A stretch of DNA of 57,166 bases. Origin: a bacterium. GTDB lineage: Bacteria > Patescibacteriota > Patescibacteriia > JACPHY01. Shown one piece after another: positions 7,721 to 17,075 of this stretch; the stretch's first letter is position 1; each line of letters begins with the position of its first letter. The position numbers and the translations under genes were made by a program. The notes under the pieces are model-generated. The model saw only the letters and a list, made by a program, of their open reading frames with translations, was not told where the DNA came from and did not search any database. The stretch covers positions 1 through 57,166 of the forward strand of contig JAUSKG010000031.1 of NCBI GenBank assembly GCA_030647005.1. The letters run 5' to 3'.

Positions 7721-8431
7721 CTAGGGACTATCTTCTACCGTCTCCTGCTCGGTGCAGGAACGCTGGAGGAGCGCGGCGAGATCGGCGTCACGACGCACGA
7801 TCTCATCGTAGGCACGTGCGGGGAGGACATTGGAGTCCTCACAGAACTGCGCGATGATCCCGACCGATGCGGTACCGGCACGCACGAGCGTGAGTGCCTG
7901 CGTGAAACGGAACGTCCGCATGATGGTTGCTGCTGCTCCGGTGGGAGTATTCGCGTCGCCATCCGCGCGAGGCACTGCATGGACGCAGATGCTCGTCGCC
8001 GCATCGAGCTCGCTCTCGGGAACACCTGCTGCGACATGGATGGCGCGACAGGCATCTTCCGTCATGCCATCGAGCGCGGCCTGGGCGGTTGCATCGCCGC
8101 CGACTGCTGCGCGGCGGAGCATGACCATGAACGCTGCACGCGCACCGTCATCCGCACATCGGACAATCGTTCGAACGGATGCGTGGAGCGAGGCGGAACC
8201 GGTTGCACGCAGGTGCTCGCCCATCGCCTTCATGGAATCCGGCACGGGTCCTGCGTTCGCGCACGGCCCGGGGAGACCGGTGTCATCGAGGAACTGCACC
8301 GCGGCGGTGCGTGCGTGCTGCGCGCGATCGAGTGCGTCGGCGAGCCAGAGCTCACCGATGACCACACCGATCCCTGCCGCCCCGAGCGCGATGAATGCCG
8401 CGCGGGCGAGGATCCACAAGAGACGCATCAT
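7721..8431 (-). CDS. Hypothetical membrane-anchored protein
   Basis: 236 aa with an N-terminal hydrophobic anchor 'LLWILARAAFIALGAAGIGVVIG'. The ATG overlaps the PBP stop (ATGA). No recognisable domain. Confidence 0.55.
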   Translation of the reverse strand: MMRLLWILARAAFIALGAAGIGVVIGELWLADALDRAQHARTAAVQFLDDTGLPGPCANAGPVPDSMKAMGEHLRATGSASLHASVRTIVRCADDGARAAFMVMLRRAAVGGDATAQAALDGMTEDACRAIHVAAGVPESELDAATSICVHAVPRADGDANTPTGAAATIMRTFRFTQALTLVRAGTASVGIIAQFCEDSNVLPARAYDEIVRRDADLAALLQRSCTEQETVEDSP

Positions 8432-10779
8432 CCCTCCTCCTTTTCGCGGAGCGCATCCGTGAACGTTCGCGGTGCACCATGCGCGGCGAACGATGTCAGG
8501 GACGACTGTTCGAGTACGGGTTCTGCTGTCGGCATCAACCCGAGATTCCCGAGGTCCTTTGCCGCATGGAACACGGCGTGGACAATGGGGACGGCGAGCG
8601 TCGTGCTGCTCTCCTGCCTGCTGCCGTAGGTGAGCGACGCGGGAACGTCATATCCCACCCAGGCGACCACGAGGAGTTCCGGCGTGTAGGCCACGGTCCA
8701 CGCATCACGCGCGTCGTTCGTGGTGCCGGTCTTCGCACGAATGGTGAGCCCGAGTGCGTCGAGCTGGTGGCCGGTCCCGTCGGGCAACCGGACACCCTGG
8801 CGAAGCATCCAATCCAGCGTCGCCGCGAACTGCGGGGCGAGGAGCGGACGCGATGCCTCCTGCGGGACGACGGATGTTTCGCCGGAACGCGTGACCGCAT
8901 CGAGCCATCGGATCGGCACCGTGGTACCGCCGCGCGCGAGCGGGAGGTACGCACCGGCGAGCTCGAGCGGTGTCCACGCGAACGTGCCGAGCGCGATCGA
9001 AGGCACGGCCGGAAGTTGCTGCACGGGGTGGAATGCGGTGACGAACGCAGCGGTTCGCGCTGCGGTGGTACCGAGGAGCACCTGCACCGCGACCGTGTTC
9101 ACGGAACGCGCGAGCGCTTCGTACGCGAGCATGTCACCGTGAAATCCCACGTACCAGTTCTTTGGCTCCCACACGTCGCCGCTCCATGGATCAATGAAGG
9201 TGAGCGGGACATCCTGCATAGGCGTCAGGGGTGTCGTCGTCCCCGCAGCGAATGCCGCAGCGTACACGAATGGCTTCGCCGTGGATCCGATCGGCCGTGC
9301 TCCGCGGAGCACGCGATGGAAATCACCGCGTGTGTACTCGTACCCGCCGACGGCAGCGCGCACGGCACCGGAGCGCGGATCAATCGCGACGACTGCGCCC
9401 TCGACCTTGGGCCGAGGAACGAGCATGACCGGAATCGTGCCACCGCGCTCGGGGAGCGTGTCCGGGAGCACGACGTCTACCACTGCACCGATGGGAACGA
9501 CGGCAGTGATCTGCTGTTTCGTCCATGCGTACGACGGTGGCGCGAGAACGCCGGTAAAGTCACCGAGGTCCACATGCGCACCGTCTGCCGCATGTGCGAA
9601 TACGATGCCGGATGCCTGTCCCTTGGGGGTGGCCTTCCGGAGGATCGTCCCGCCAGCGGTACAGAGCGCATCGGGCGAACGGCGGTCCGAGAGCGACCGC
9701 AGATCGTAGACGAGCGGGGGCGGTGCACTCCAGGAATGCACGGTCGTGCGGAGCGCGGTGAGCTGCTCGCGCCACATGTCCAGCGCAGCGATCGGGATCA
9801 CGAACCGCGGACCACGGTGCTCGCCGCGCCGGTGCGCGTAGCGTTCGAGGTGCTCACGCAACGCGAGCGTTGCTGCGCGCTGGAGCGGGAGATCCATCGT
9901 TGTGGTGAGCGCCATACCGGGCGCGGTCGCCACACTGCTCGTGGCGACAGACGCAGCGGATGCGGTGACACCGATGTCCTCATCGTCACTCGCCAGCCGC
10001 ACGCGCACATCGAGACGTTCGGCCTCGGTGGCCTGCGTAGCATCGAGTACACCGGTCGCAACCATGCGACGGAGGACGATGCGCTGTCGCTCCCGCGCAC
10101 GCCCCGCGTCACAGAACGGTGACGTGTGGTTGGGCGCGGGAATCATGCCGATGAGCAGCGCGGATTCCGCGAGCGTGAGTGCCGATGCGGAGACGCCGAA
10201 GAGGTCGCGCGCCGCCGACTCGACGCCGGTGTTACCGTGGCCGAGGAAAACCGCGTTGAGGTAGAGCTCGAGCATCCCCTCCTTCCCGAGCAGCGCGTCG
10301 AAGCGCCGCACGAGCATGGCCTCCTCCACCTTCCGGAGGAGCCCGGGTCGCCCGCCGAGCATCGTGAGCTTGAGGAGTTGCTGCGGAATGGTCGAGCCGC
10401 CCTGACGCGCGCCGTTGACGACGGTCGCCTGCACGGCGCGGCCGATCCCTCTGGGGTCGAGACCCTCGTGTTGCCAGAACCGTGCATCCTCAGATGCCAC
10501 GACGGCATCAACGAGGTGCCGTGGAAATTCCGCGTACGGAACGACAATGCGATGCGCATCGCCGACACGGTAGCGCGCGAGCGGTGAGCGCTTGCGGTCA
10601 AGGAATTGGACATCCTGGACGAGCGACGATGCGCTGAGCGACTGCGGTTCCGGAAGTTCCCGAAACGCTTGATCCACGAGGACCCCCACGAACCCCGCAC
10701 TCATGCCCATGCCGATGAGCACGAGGACGGCAACGGTGATGACACTGTATCGAAGCAGCCGACAGACATGACGAACCAT
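8428..10779 (-). CDS. Class A penicillin-binding protein (transglycosylase/transpeptidase, PBP1A-type)
   Basis: GT51 motifs 'EDARFWQHEGLDPRGIGRA' and 'GGSTIPQQLLK'; transpeptidase motifs 'GSTAKPF' (SxxK) and 'KTGTTND'. Start refined to ATG 10779 ('MVRHVC...', AGGGGG SD upstream); the ORF extends to 10839. Confidence 0.9.
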   Translation of the reverse strand: MVRHVCRLLRYSVITVAVLVLIGMGMSAGFVGVLVDQAFRELPEPQSLSASSLVQDVQFLDRKRSPLARYRVGDAHRIVVPYAEFPRHLVDAVVASEDARFWQHEGLDPRGIGRAVQATVVNGARQGGSTIPQQLLKLTMLGGRPGLLRKVEEAMLVRRFDALLGKEGMLELYLNAVFLGHGNTGVESAARDLFGVSASALTLAESALLIGMIPAPNHTSPFCDAGRARERQRIVLRRMVATGVLDATQATEAERLDVRVRLASDDEDIGVTASAASVATSSVATAPGMALTTTMDLPLQRAATLALREHLERYAHRRGEHRGPRFVIPIAALDMWREQLTALRTTVHSWSAPPPLVYDLRSLSDRRSPDALCTAGGTILRKATPKGQASGIVFAHAADGAHVDLGDFTGVLAPPSYAWTKQQITAVVPIGAVVDVVLPDTLPERGGTIPVMLVPRPKVEGAVVAIDPRSGAVRAAVGGYEYTRGDFHRVLRGARPIGSTAKPFVYAAAFAAGTTTPLTPMQDVPLTFIDPWSGDVWEPKNWYVGFHGDMLAYEALARSVNTVAVQVLLGTTAARTAAFVTAFHPVQQLPAVPSIALGTFAWTPLELAGAYLPLARGGTTVPIRWLDAVTRSGETSVVPQEASRPLLAPQFAATLDWMLRQGVRLPDGTGHQLDALGLTIRAKTGTTNDARDAWTVAYTPELLVVAWVGYDVPASLTYGSRQESSTTLAVPIVHAVFHAAKDLGNLGLMPTAEPVLEQSSLTSFAAHGAPRTFTDALREKEEG

Positions 10780-10906
10780 CGGAAACCCCCTTTCTTGTCT
10801 CGTGATGAATTGTGCAAGGTTCCGTCCCAACGGTAGCACGAAAGAGCTGAGTTGTCAAGCAATATTGACACGCAGTTCCTTTTGCCGATACTCAGCTAAA
10901 AAGGGG

Positions 10907-11377
10907 CTACTCGCTCTTGCCTTTTACCGGTTGCTGACGAGCGGGACTGCGACGATTATTGAGGAATGTCTGCGCCTTTCGGAGCACCTGCTTGGCGTTC
11001 TCAAAATTGAGGTGAACCATGGCCTCACGGTACGATGCCCAGACGTAGCCGTCGTGTTCCTCCGAGACCTGGACGTTCCAACGCGTCGCCTCCGCGAGGT
11101 AGAGGACGGCATCCTTCGCGACGCTCTTGCCGGATCGCTTGAAGTGGAACCGGTACTTCTCGCGGAAGCCACGGAGGAACCGGAGCTCCGTAAGGCCCGT
11201 CTCCTCCCGAATCTCTCGGAGCGCCGTCGCGTGTTCGCGCTCGCCATCCTCCACGTGCCCGCGCGCGAACTCCCAGTACCCACCCGGGTACCGCAGGAGG
11301 AGAAAGAATGGCTCCACGCGACGCCCGTCGCGCTTCACCTTGTAGATGATGGCACCCGCTGATTTCTCGTAGGACAT
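10907..11377 (-). CDS. Nudix hydrolase
   Basis: Trimmed to ATG 11377 ('MSYEKSAGAIIY'). Nudix box 'GHVEDGEREHATALREIREETGL'. Confidence 0.8.
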   Translation of the reverse strand: MSYEKSAGAIIYKVKRDGRRVEPFFLLLRYPGGYWEFARGHVEDGEREHATALREIREETGLTELRFLRGFREKYRFHFKRSGKSVAKDAVLYLAEATRWNVQVSEEHDGYVWASYREAMVHLNFENAKQVLRKAQTFLNNRRSPARQQPVKGKSE

Positions 11378-11390
11378 GTATTTCGATGGC

Positions 11391-13175
11391 TCACACCGAA
11401 CGCTTGAGGATCCGTTTCTGAAACTGCTTCCATGGTAGCGCATTGATGACGTCACTGCGCTCGATCCAGCCCCGACGCGCCTGGGCGATGCCGAAGCGCG
11501 GGTCGAGGGCATCTGCGCTGTGCGCGTCGCTGTTGATGCAGACCTTCACTCCGCGATCATGGGCCTGGCGGCAGTGGATGTCATCGAGGTCGAGACGCAT
11601 CCATGACGCACTCACCTCCAGAGATACCCCATACTGCCGTGCGGCACCCATGACCGCCTCCCAGTCAAATGTCACACCGTCGCGCCGACCGATGAGCCGA
11701 CCCGTAGGATGGCCAAAGCAGGTGACCGCCGGATGAGCGAGTGCCCGTACGACGCGCGCGGTCTGCTTGGCACCGGGCTGCCGAAAACTCGAGTGGAGCG
11801 ATGCAACAACCCAGTCGAGCAACCGGAGCTCACCGTCCGAAAGGTAGAGCGATCCATCGGGAAGGATGTCCACTTCTGCACCGACGAGGACGTGGATCCC
11901 CCGCACCTTTCGCGCCGCTGCGCGCACCTGCTTCACGTAGGCCGCGATACTCCCGCCCGTTCGCCTGCTCGATGCCATAGGCGCGCTGCGTGTTCGGATT
12001 CCTCCCACGATCCCCTGCGTGGATGCGTGGTCGGTGATCGCAACGTACTCGTACCCCGCCCGCTTCGCCGCGGCGATCATCTCCACCATGCGCGCGCTCC
12101 CGTCGGAGAACGCCGAGTGCATGTGGAGGTCGCCCCGGAGGTGTTCTGCCTCGATGAGCTTCGGGAGTGTCCTCGCGCGTGCAGCTGACAGCTCGCCGCT
12201 GTCCTCGCGAATCTCCGGTGGAATGTACGGAAGTCCGATGGCTCGAAAAACGTCAACTTCGGTGCGACACGCGACTCGTCTCCCCTTCTCCGCTTTGGTT
12301 CCACGATAGACCCCGTACTCGGAGATTGTCAACCCCTTCACGATTGCGATCTTCCGCGTGGCGATGTTATGCGCCTTGGAGCCGGTGAAGTAGTGGAGGC
12401 CTGCGCCGAAGACCTCGGGGTCGAGCACGCGGAGGTCTGCCTCGATGCCCTGGTGGAGGAGCACATTCGCCTTCGTCGTACCCCGTGCGATAACGCGCCG
12501 GACATCGGGGAGCGCGCAGAAGAGCTCCATGACGCGCGTTGGGTGCTCGGTCGTCACGAGAATATCAAGGTCGCCGATCGTCTCCCTGCGTCGCCGGAGC
12601 GATCCTGCGATCTCGACCTCCGTGCAGAGCGCGGAGTGGCGGAGCGTCTCGACGATGCGCTCCGCGAGCGGAAGTGCCTGCCCAATCGGCATGCGTCCGG
12701 ACGATCGCTCGAGCATCGCGATGGCATACAGGAGGTTCTCAACGGACTTCGCCCCCCACCCGGGGACCTCCTCGAGCTTCCCGCTTGCGAGGAGTCGCTT
12801 GAGGTCGCGGATGTTCTCGACATCGAACTCCTTCCAAACGAACTGCGTCTTCATCGGCCCCATTCCCTCGATGGCGAGCACGTCCGTAAGCCCGCGCGGT
12901 ACCTCCTTACGGAGGTCAACGAGAAACTGGAGTCGCCCACGTTTGCAGAGTTCGAGGAGCTTCAGCGCGAGCTCTTCACCGATACCGGGGAGCTCACGGA
13001 GTGCACGGAGCCCGCCCTCCGCAGCGATCGCACAGCATGCGGTCGGCAACGCGGCGATAACCTCTGCCGCGCGCTCGTACGCAATCACGCGGAACCGATT
13101 CGCTCGCTGGAGCGACAACCGCTGCGCGATTTCGACAAACGTATTGGCGATGTCTTGATTGGTCGGCTTAGCCAT
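11391..13175 (-). CDS. polX: Family X DNA polymerase with C-terminal PHP phosphoesterase domain (PolX)
   Basis: 'MAKPTNQDIANTFVEIAQ', HhH regions, 'GSLRRRRETIGDLDILV', and PHP 'GDLHMHSAFSDGS...YVAITDHAS'. The ORF extends to 13208. Confidence 0.85.
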   Translation of the reverse strand: MAKPTNQDIANTFVEIAQRLSLQRANRFRVIAYERAAEVIAALPTACCAIAAEGGLRALRELPGIGEELALKLLELCKRGRLQFLVDLRKEVPRGLTDVLAIEGMGPMKTQFVWKEFDVENIRDLKRLLASGKLEEVPGWGAKSVENLLYAIAMLERSSGRMPIGQALPLAERIVETLRHSALCTEVEIAGSLRRRRETIGDLDILVTTEHPTRVMELFCALPDVRRVIARGTTKANVLLHQGIEADLRVLDPEVFGAGLHYFTGSKAHNIATRKIAIVKGLTISEYGVYRGTKAEKGRRVACRTEVDVFRAIGLPYIPPEIREDSGELSAARARTLPKLIEAEHLRGDLHMHSAFSDGSARMVEMIAAAKRAGYEYVAITDHASTQGIVGGIRTRSAPMASSRRTGGSIAAYVKQVRAAARKVRGIHVLVGAEVDILPDGSLYLSDGELRLLDWVVASLHSSFRQPGAKQTARVVRALAHPAVTCFGHPTGRLIGRRDGVTFDWEAVMGAARQYGVSLEVSASWMRLDLDDIHCRQAHDRGVKVCINSDAHSADALDPRFGIAQARRGWIERSDVINALPWKQFQKRILKRSV

Positions 13176-13214
13176 GGAGAGTGAGCAACGGAGAGACCAT
13201 CTCTCCATGCTACC

Positions 13215-13245
13215 AGAAAAGGAGCGGCCCTGCGGGGGCCACTCC
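13215..13245 (-). terminator. Probable intrinsic terminator after small CDS 13249..13413
   Basis: Minus strand 'ggagtggcccc cgca gggccgctcc' followed by 'ttttctgg', starting 3 nt after the stop. Confidence 0.55.
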
Positions 13246-13248
13246 TTG

Positions 13249-13413
13249 CTAGGTCAGATCGCCATGACGTGTACATCGCACCGCACCATTGCGCAGGACA
13301 TTGCCATTGTGCCCACAGCGTGGACACAAGGGGTAACGCACGCCTTCCACAATCACCCAGAGAACAGCGACTGCGATCATCGCGATCAGCGCGATGATGA
13401 TCATACCTTCCAT
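13249..13413 (-). CDS. Small membrane protein with Cys-rich (zinc-ribbon-like) tail
   Basis: 54 aa from ATG 13413, preceded by a strong SD-like GGAGGTG at 5 nt. TM 'MIIIALIAMIAVAVLWVIV' then 'CPRCGHNGN...CTRH'. The ORF track gives a longer 13249..13494. Confidence 0.45.
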   Translation of the reverse strand: MEGMIIIALIAMIAVAVLWVIVEGVRYPLCPRCGHNGNVLRNGAVRCTRHGDLT

Positions 13414-13490
13414 AACACCTCCACGGTTCACCGGAACCGTAGCACGAAACACCGTCGGCGTCAAGCCGACGATGTGTGCGTGCGGTGTCG

Positions 13491-13964
13491 TCACTCGACC
13501 TCTACCGTGTGCTCAGGAGACCAGTAGTGTTGGCCATCAATGACCGCGTGTGCGCGGAGGTAGTATGTACCGGGCTGTGGGAAAACGATGCCGCCGCTAA
13601 ATTCGCGCGGGAGTGAGAACGTGCCACTCGCGTAGTCCGAGATGAGTTCCGGGTAGGCCGTCTGCGCCGACGCAACATCCTGCCCGAGGATGCCGGGTAC
13701 GGAGACCGTCCCCCAGTGAATCGCCGTATGCGTGGTGGATGCACCCACCGGTGCTCGCACCTCCCAACGGAGGACCACCGCCTCACCGACTGCCGCGCTC
13801 TCCGGAGGAACCCGCAGGAGTGCTGCCGTTCCAAGTGTCGATTCCTGTACAGCGACATCCTCACGGACCCCCTGCCAGGTGATGAACGCGATGAGGAGCA
13901 GCACGACAAGCGCGCCGATCCATAGCTTCATGTTCCCCGACTTGGTCCGTGCACTCTCGCTCAT
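13491..13964 (-). CDS. Hypothetical membrane-anchored/secreted protein
   Basis: 157 aa with signal/anchor 'MKLWIGALVVLLLIAFI'. The rest looks like a beta-rich domain. No motif recognised. Confidence 0.55.
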   Translation of the reverse strand: MSESARTKSGNMKLWIGALVVLLLIAFITWQGVREDVAVQESTLGTAALLRVPPESAAVGEAVVLRWEVRAPVGASTTHTAIHWGTVSVPGILGQDVASAQTAYPELISDYASGTFSLPREFSGGIVFPQPGTYYLRAHAVIDGQHYWSPEHTVEVE

Positions 13965-13976
13965 ACGTGTGTACCC

Positions 13977-15275
13977 CTATAGTACCACACGCTGCTCATG
14001 GGTGAGATGTGCACGAGTCAAGGGCGCGTCTTGCACGAGTCCTTTCGTTGAGACGATCTGCCACAGGCACAGGCCACCGTAGCGAAAAGCCTCGGAAGAA
14101 CCCGTCAAATAGAGACGCCACATGCGAATGAATCGGTCGTCCAGCCCCTGTGCACGCACGGCATCGAGTTGCCGCTCGAAGCGTGCGCGCCAGTGATCGA
14201 GTGTCATCGCGTAGTGGATGCGGAGGTTTTCCACATCCGTGATCGTCTGGCCGGTCGCCGCAATCCCCTCTACGCACTCGCCGAGCGATGGGATGTAGCT
14301 ACCCGGGAAGATGTACCGATGGACCCACGGATCGCCCTTGTGCGGTCGCATGCGCCCGATCGTATGGAGGAGCGCAGTGCCGCCGTCTGCGAGCAACCGA
14401 TCAACTGCCTGGAAGTAGGCGGGGTGCTGTTCGAGTCCGACGTGCTCAAACATGCCGATGGAGAGTACCTTCTCAAATGGCACCTCGGTGAGTGTACGGT
14501 AATCAGCACGGCGGAGTTCGACGAGGTGCGTGAGGCCCGCCTCCGCGACACGGCGCTTGCCCTCTGCGAGCTGCGGCTCGGAGAGCGTCACGCCGAGCAC
14601 GCGCGCCTTGTAGTGCTGCGCGGCGTAGATGGCAAACCCGCCCCAACCACACCCGATGTCGAGCACGCGCTTTTTTTCCCGGAGCTGGAGCTTCCGACAG
14701 ATGAGCTCAAGCTTCTGCTCTTGCGCGCGCTCGAGCGTATCGTCCGACGCACGGAAATACGCGCAGGAGTACATCATGCGCTCGTCGAGCCAGCGCGTGT
14801 AGAAATCATTACCGTGGTTGTAGTGACGCGCGATGTTGTCACCGGCCCGCGCGAGCGTACTGCGCTGCCGAAGCACCATCATCGCGATGCGGATCCTCGC
14901 GATGAACGAGAGTGCCCGCAAACGCTCCTGGACCTCCGGCGCGTTGGACAAACGCAGGAACGCCTCGAGCGACCCCTCCACGGTGATCGCGCCATCCATG
15001 TACCCCTCACCAAACCCCAACGAGATGCTCCCGAACAGCGCACGGAGCGCACGCTCATGTCGGAAGGATACCGTGAACACCGGCTCCCGGCCAGGCGGAC
15101 CAAACCGCCGTTCCTCCCCATCCCAAAAACGCACGGCGTATGCCGTGTCCTGGGGGAACCGCCCGAAGAGCTCGAGCACGATGCGTTTGCGTGCTGCCAT
15201 ACCAAGTCCGCTTTTCCAGCATTTCTTCGTAACCGCGTAAACCGTGGCATCAATGGGGCCAAGTCCCATTTTCAC
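13977..15275 (-). CDS. cfa: Cyclopropane-fatty-acyl-phospholipid synthase family SAM methyltransferase
   Basis: 432 aa. SAM motif 'VLDIGCGWGGFAIYAA' and CFA-synthase-like flanks ('HYNHGNDFYTRWLDERMMYSCAYF'). An alternative start is at 15200. Confidence 0.8.
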   Translation of the reverse strand: MKMGLGPIDATVYAVTKKCWKSGLGMAARKRIVLELFGRFPQDTAYAVRFWDGEERRFGPPGREPVFTVSFRHERALRALFGSISLGFGEGYMDGAITVEGSLEAFLRLSNAPEVQERLRALSFIARIRIAMMVLRQRSTLARAGDNIARHYNHGNDFYTRWLDERMMYSCAYFRASDDTLERAQEQKLELICRKLQLREKKRVLDIGCGWGGFAIYAAQHYKARVLGVTLSEPQLAEGKRRVAEAGLTHLVELRRADYRTLTEVPFEKVLSIGMFEHVGLEQHPAYFQAVDRLLADGGTALLHTIGRMRPHKGDPWVHRYIFPGSYIPSLGECVEGIAATGQTITDVENLRIHYAMTLDHWRARFERQLDAVRAQGLDDRFIRMWRLYLTGSSEAFRYGGLCLWQIVSTKGLVQDAPLTRAHLTHEQRVVL

Positions 15276-15287
15276 CTTTCTGCGGTT

Positions 15288-15836
15288 CTATTTTTTGCCC
15301 TTACTTTCTAGTGCAGCATTTAGTAACGATTTGTTGTATGAATTTGTCAACCTCATCTCATTCAATATTTGATTGTCGAAAGCGGCTACAGAAACTTCAA
15401 GTGAATAAAAAGAATTGAGCTGATCTAAAAGTCCCACTGCAGTGCGCATATCATTTTCTGATGCACTGTCCGATCCTAGTTTTATGTATTCTCGACCTAA
15501 CGACTGTTCGGCGTTTCCAATTTCCTGAAGCTGTGCTTTTCCCGTACTACAGGAAAGAGTCGCCGATTCCCACTCATACTCATAATTGACACAATCTATG
15601 CTAGTTGCAAACTCTAGGGTTTCCTCACCTTCAGCTACGTAATCAGCTCCTATTTCATCAAACGGAACTAGTTCATCTTCTGATACGTTATTTACATATT
15701 GCTCGGCCTGCTCTTGTGTAAATCCTGTATCTTCAGCAAAATTATCAACCACCGCCTGCTGATTAAAAGTGAAAGCGGTTCCACCTATAACAAGGGTAAT
15801 AATACCCCCTGTAATAATGTTTTTTAGGTTATTCAT
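15288..15836 (-). CDS. Hypothetical membrane-anchored acidic protein on a strongly AT-rich patch
   Basis: 182 aa with N-terminal TM 'IITGGIITLVIGGTAF'. Composition is sharply AT-richer than both flanks. No SD seen. Confidence 0.55.
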   Translation of the reverse strand: MNNLKNIITGGIITLVIGGTAFTFNQQAVVDNFAEDTGFTQEQAEQYVNNVSEDELVPFDEIGADYVAEGEETLEFATSIDCVNYEYEWESATLSCSTGKAQLQEIGNAEQSLGREYIKLGSDSASENDMRTAVGLLDQLNSFYSLEVSVAAFDNQILNEMRLTNSYNKSLLNAALESKGKK

Positions 15837-15854
15837 ATGTAGGGGAGATCGTGT

Positions 15855-15896
15855 CCGGAAACCGTGTCATCGAAACCGTGTCAAGTCCGATTTTTT
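15855..15896. repeat. Tandem 'GAAACCGTGTCA' x2 + 'AGTCCGATTTTTT' motif, related in architecture to the left arm of repeats R1/R2
   Basis: 'ggaaaccgtgtcatcgaaaccgtgtcaagtccgatttttt' compared with R1/R2 'agaaaggggtcataaagaaaggggtcaagtccattttt'. Located just upstream of the AT-rich gene 15288..15836. Confidence 0.45.
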
Positions 15897-15938
15897 CTTA
15901 TTTATTACACATTTACATTTACGCGCATTTACGCGATA

Positions 15939-16937
15939 TCAATGGGGTGATCGCTTTGCACGTGCACGCGTAGTGCGCGATATCACCGGTTGTCCATCGG
16001 CACGACGGATCTCGATGCGTCGTACGAGCGTGCGTGGAAAATCCGTGAAAATCCCGACGCGATACTCCGGATCCTTGGGATGCACACGCCTCCTCGCGAT
16101 GGATTCTTCGGGATAGTATGGAAGCTTTCCGATCGCACAGAACAAGCTCGCCTCGGCCTCGAATCCAAACGAACGCTCATTCCAGATGTAGAGATCGAGA
16201 TCGCGGATAAGAAGAAAAATGAGGATCACCGCACTTGCTATGAGTACCGTGACGATGTCGAAGAAGAGTGCACCAGTGCGAAGGCCGTAGAGCGATGCGA
16301 CGACGAGACCTGCGAGCGCGAAGAGGACGGCCCAGGAGAAGACGGAGAGTGATTTCGCGCCGAGGACGAGGAGTTGTTGGCGTGCGAGTGCGATGCCATC
16401 AAGCTCGCCCATGATGACCTGGTGGATGGACGACACTTCCTTCTTAAAGGGAAGTGCTTGGATCACGGCGGATGCGGCATCGTACTCAGCAATCGTGTGC
16501 TTTGGGTAGTCTATAATTTCGTAGTCAAACGTACGCCGGACGTACGTATCAATCACCTCCGCGAGCGCTGCGGCTGCGGACGGATGGTAGAGCGTCACTG
16601 AGCGAAAAAGCGACGCCCATCCGGACGTTTCCGTGGCGATGAGATTCTTCACATGGATGTAATCTGTGGACGTGATATAAATGTAGAACCCTGCGATGAT
16701 CCCAAAGAGGAACGTGGTGATTGTGAGGATTGTGGAACCCGGGCCTTCCGCGATGAATCCGGTTCGCGGGAAGACAAAAAGTAACGCGATGAAAATAATC
16801 ATCGAACACACGAACACGATCGGCGTGTGAAGGAGCTTTGGGAGACCCTGGAGTCCACCAGGTGATTTGCGCATAACAGTTGAGCGTAGAGCAAGATGGT
16901 GTGACGAAGCACTGGTCAGTTTTTCATAGTATATCAC
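15939..16937 (-). CDS. Hypothetical integral membrane protein
   Basis: 332-aa ORF (GTG start) with several hydrophobic helices. Possibly DUF4239-like, but not verifiable here. Confidence 0.5.
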   Translation of the reverse strand: MIYYEKLTSASSHHLALRSTVMRKSPGGLQGLPKLLHTPIVFVCSMIIFIALLFVFPRTGFIAEGPGSTILTITTFLFGIIAGFYIYITSTDYIHVKNLIATETSGWASLFRSVTLYHPSAAAALAEVIDTYVRRTFDYEIIDYPKHTIAEYDAASAVIQALPFKKEVSSIHQVIMGELDGIALARQQLLVLGAKSLSVFSWAVLFALAGLVVASLYGLRTGALFFDIVTVLIASAVILIFLLIRDLDLYIWNERSFGFEAEASLFCAIGKLPYYPEESIARRRVHPKDPEYRVGIFTDFPRTLVRRIEIRRADGQPVISRTTRARAKRSPH

Positions 16938-16982
16938 AAGCCGCTCAACGCAAAACGTCTCTGCATACGCAGAGACGTTTTG

Positions 16983-17054
16983 CTCCGGGGCTGGGATTCG
17001 AACCCAGGACCAATGCGTTAACAGCGCACTGCTAGACCGCTGAGCTACCCCGGA
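16983..17054 (-). tRNA. tRNA-Asn (anticodon GTT)
   Basis: 72-nt cloverleaf by hand: acceptor TCCGGGG/CCCCGGA, anticodon arm GTGCG-CTGTTAA-CGCAT, T arm CTGGG-TTCGAAT-CCCAG, discriminator G. CCA is not encoded. Confidence 0.9.
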
Positions 17055-17075
17055 TCACAGAATGACAGCGTACCA

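Noticed and set aside
10840-10906. Inverted TGTCAA/TTGACA pair and 8-bp inverted repeat (agctgagt...actcagct) upstream of the PBP gene
   Set aside because: This could be a promoter/terminator combination between the Nudix and PBP genes. No convincing -10 or U-tract could be aligned, so it is left unannotated.
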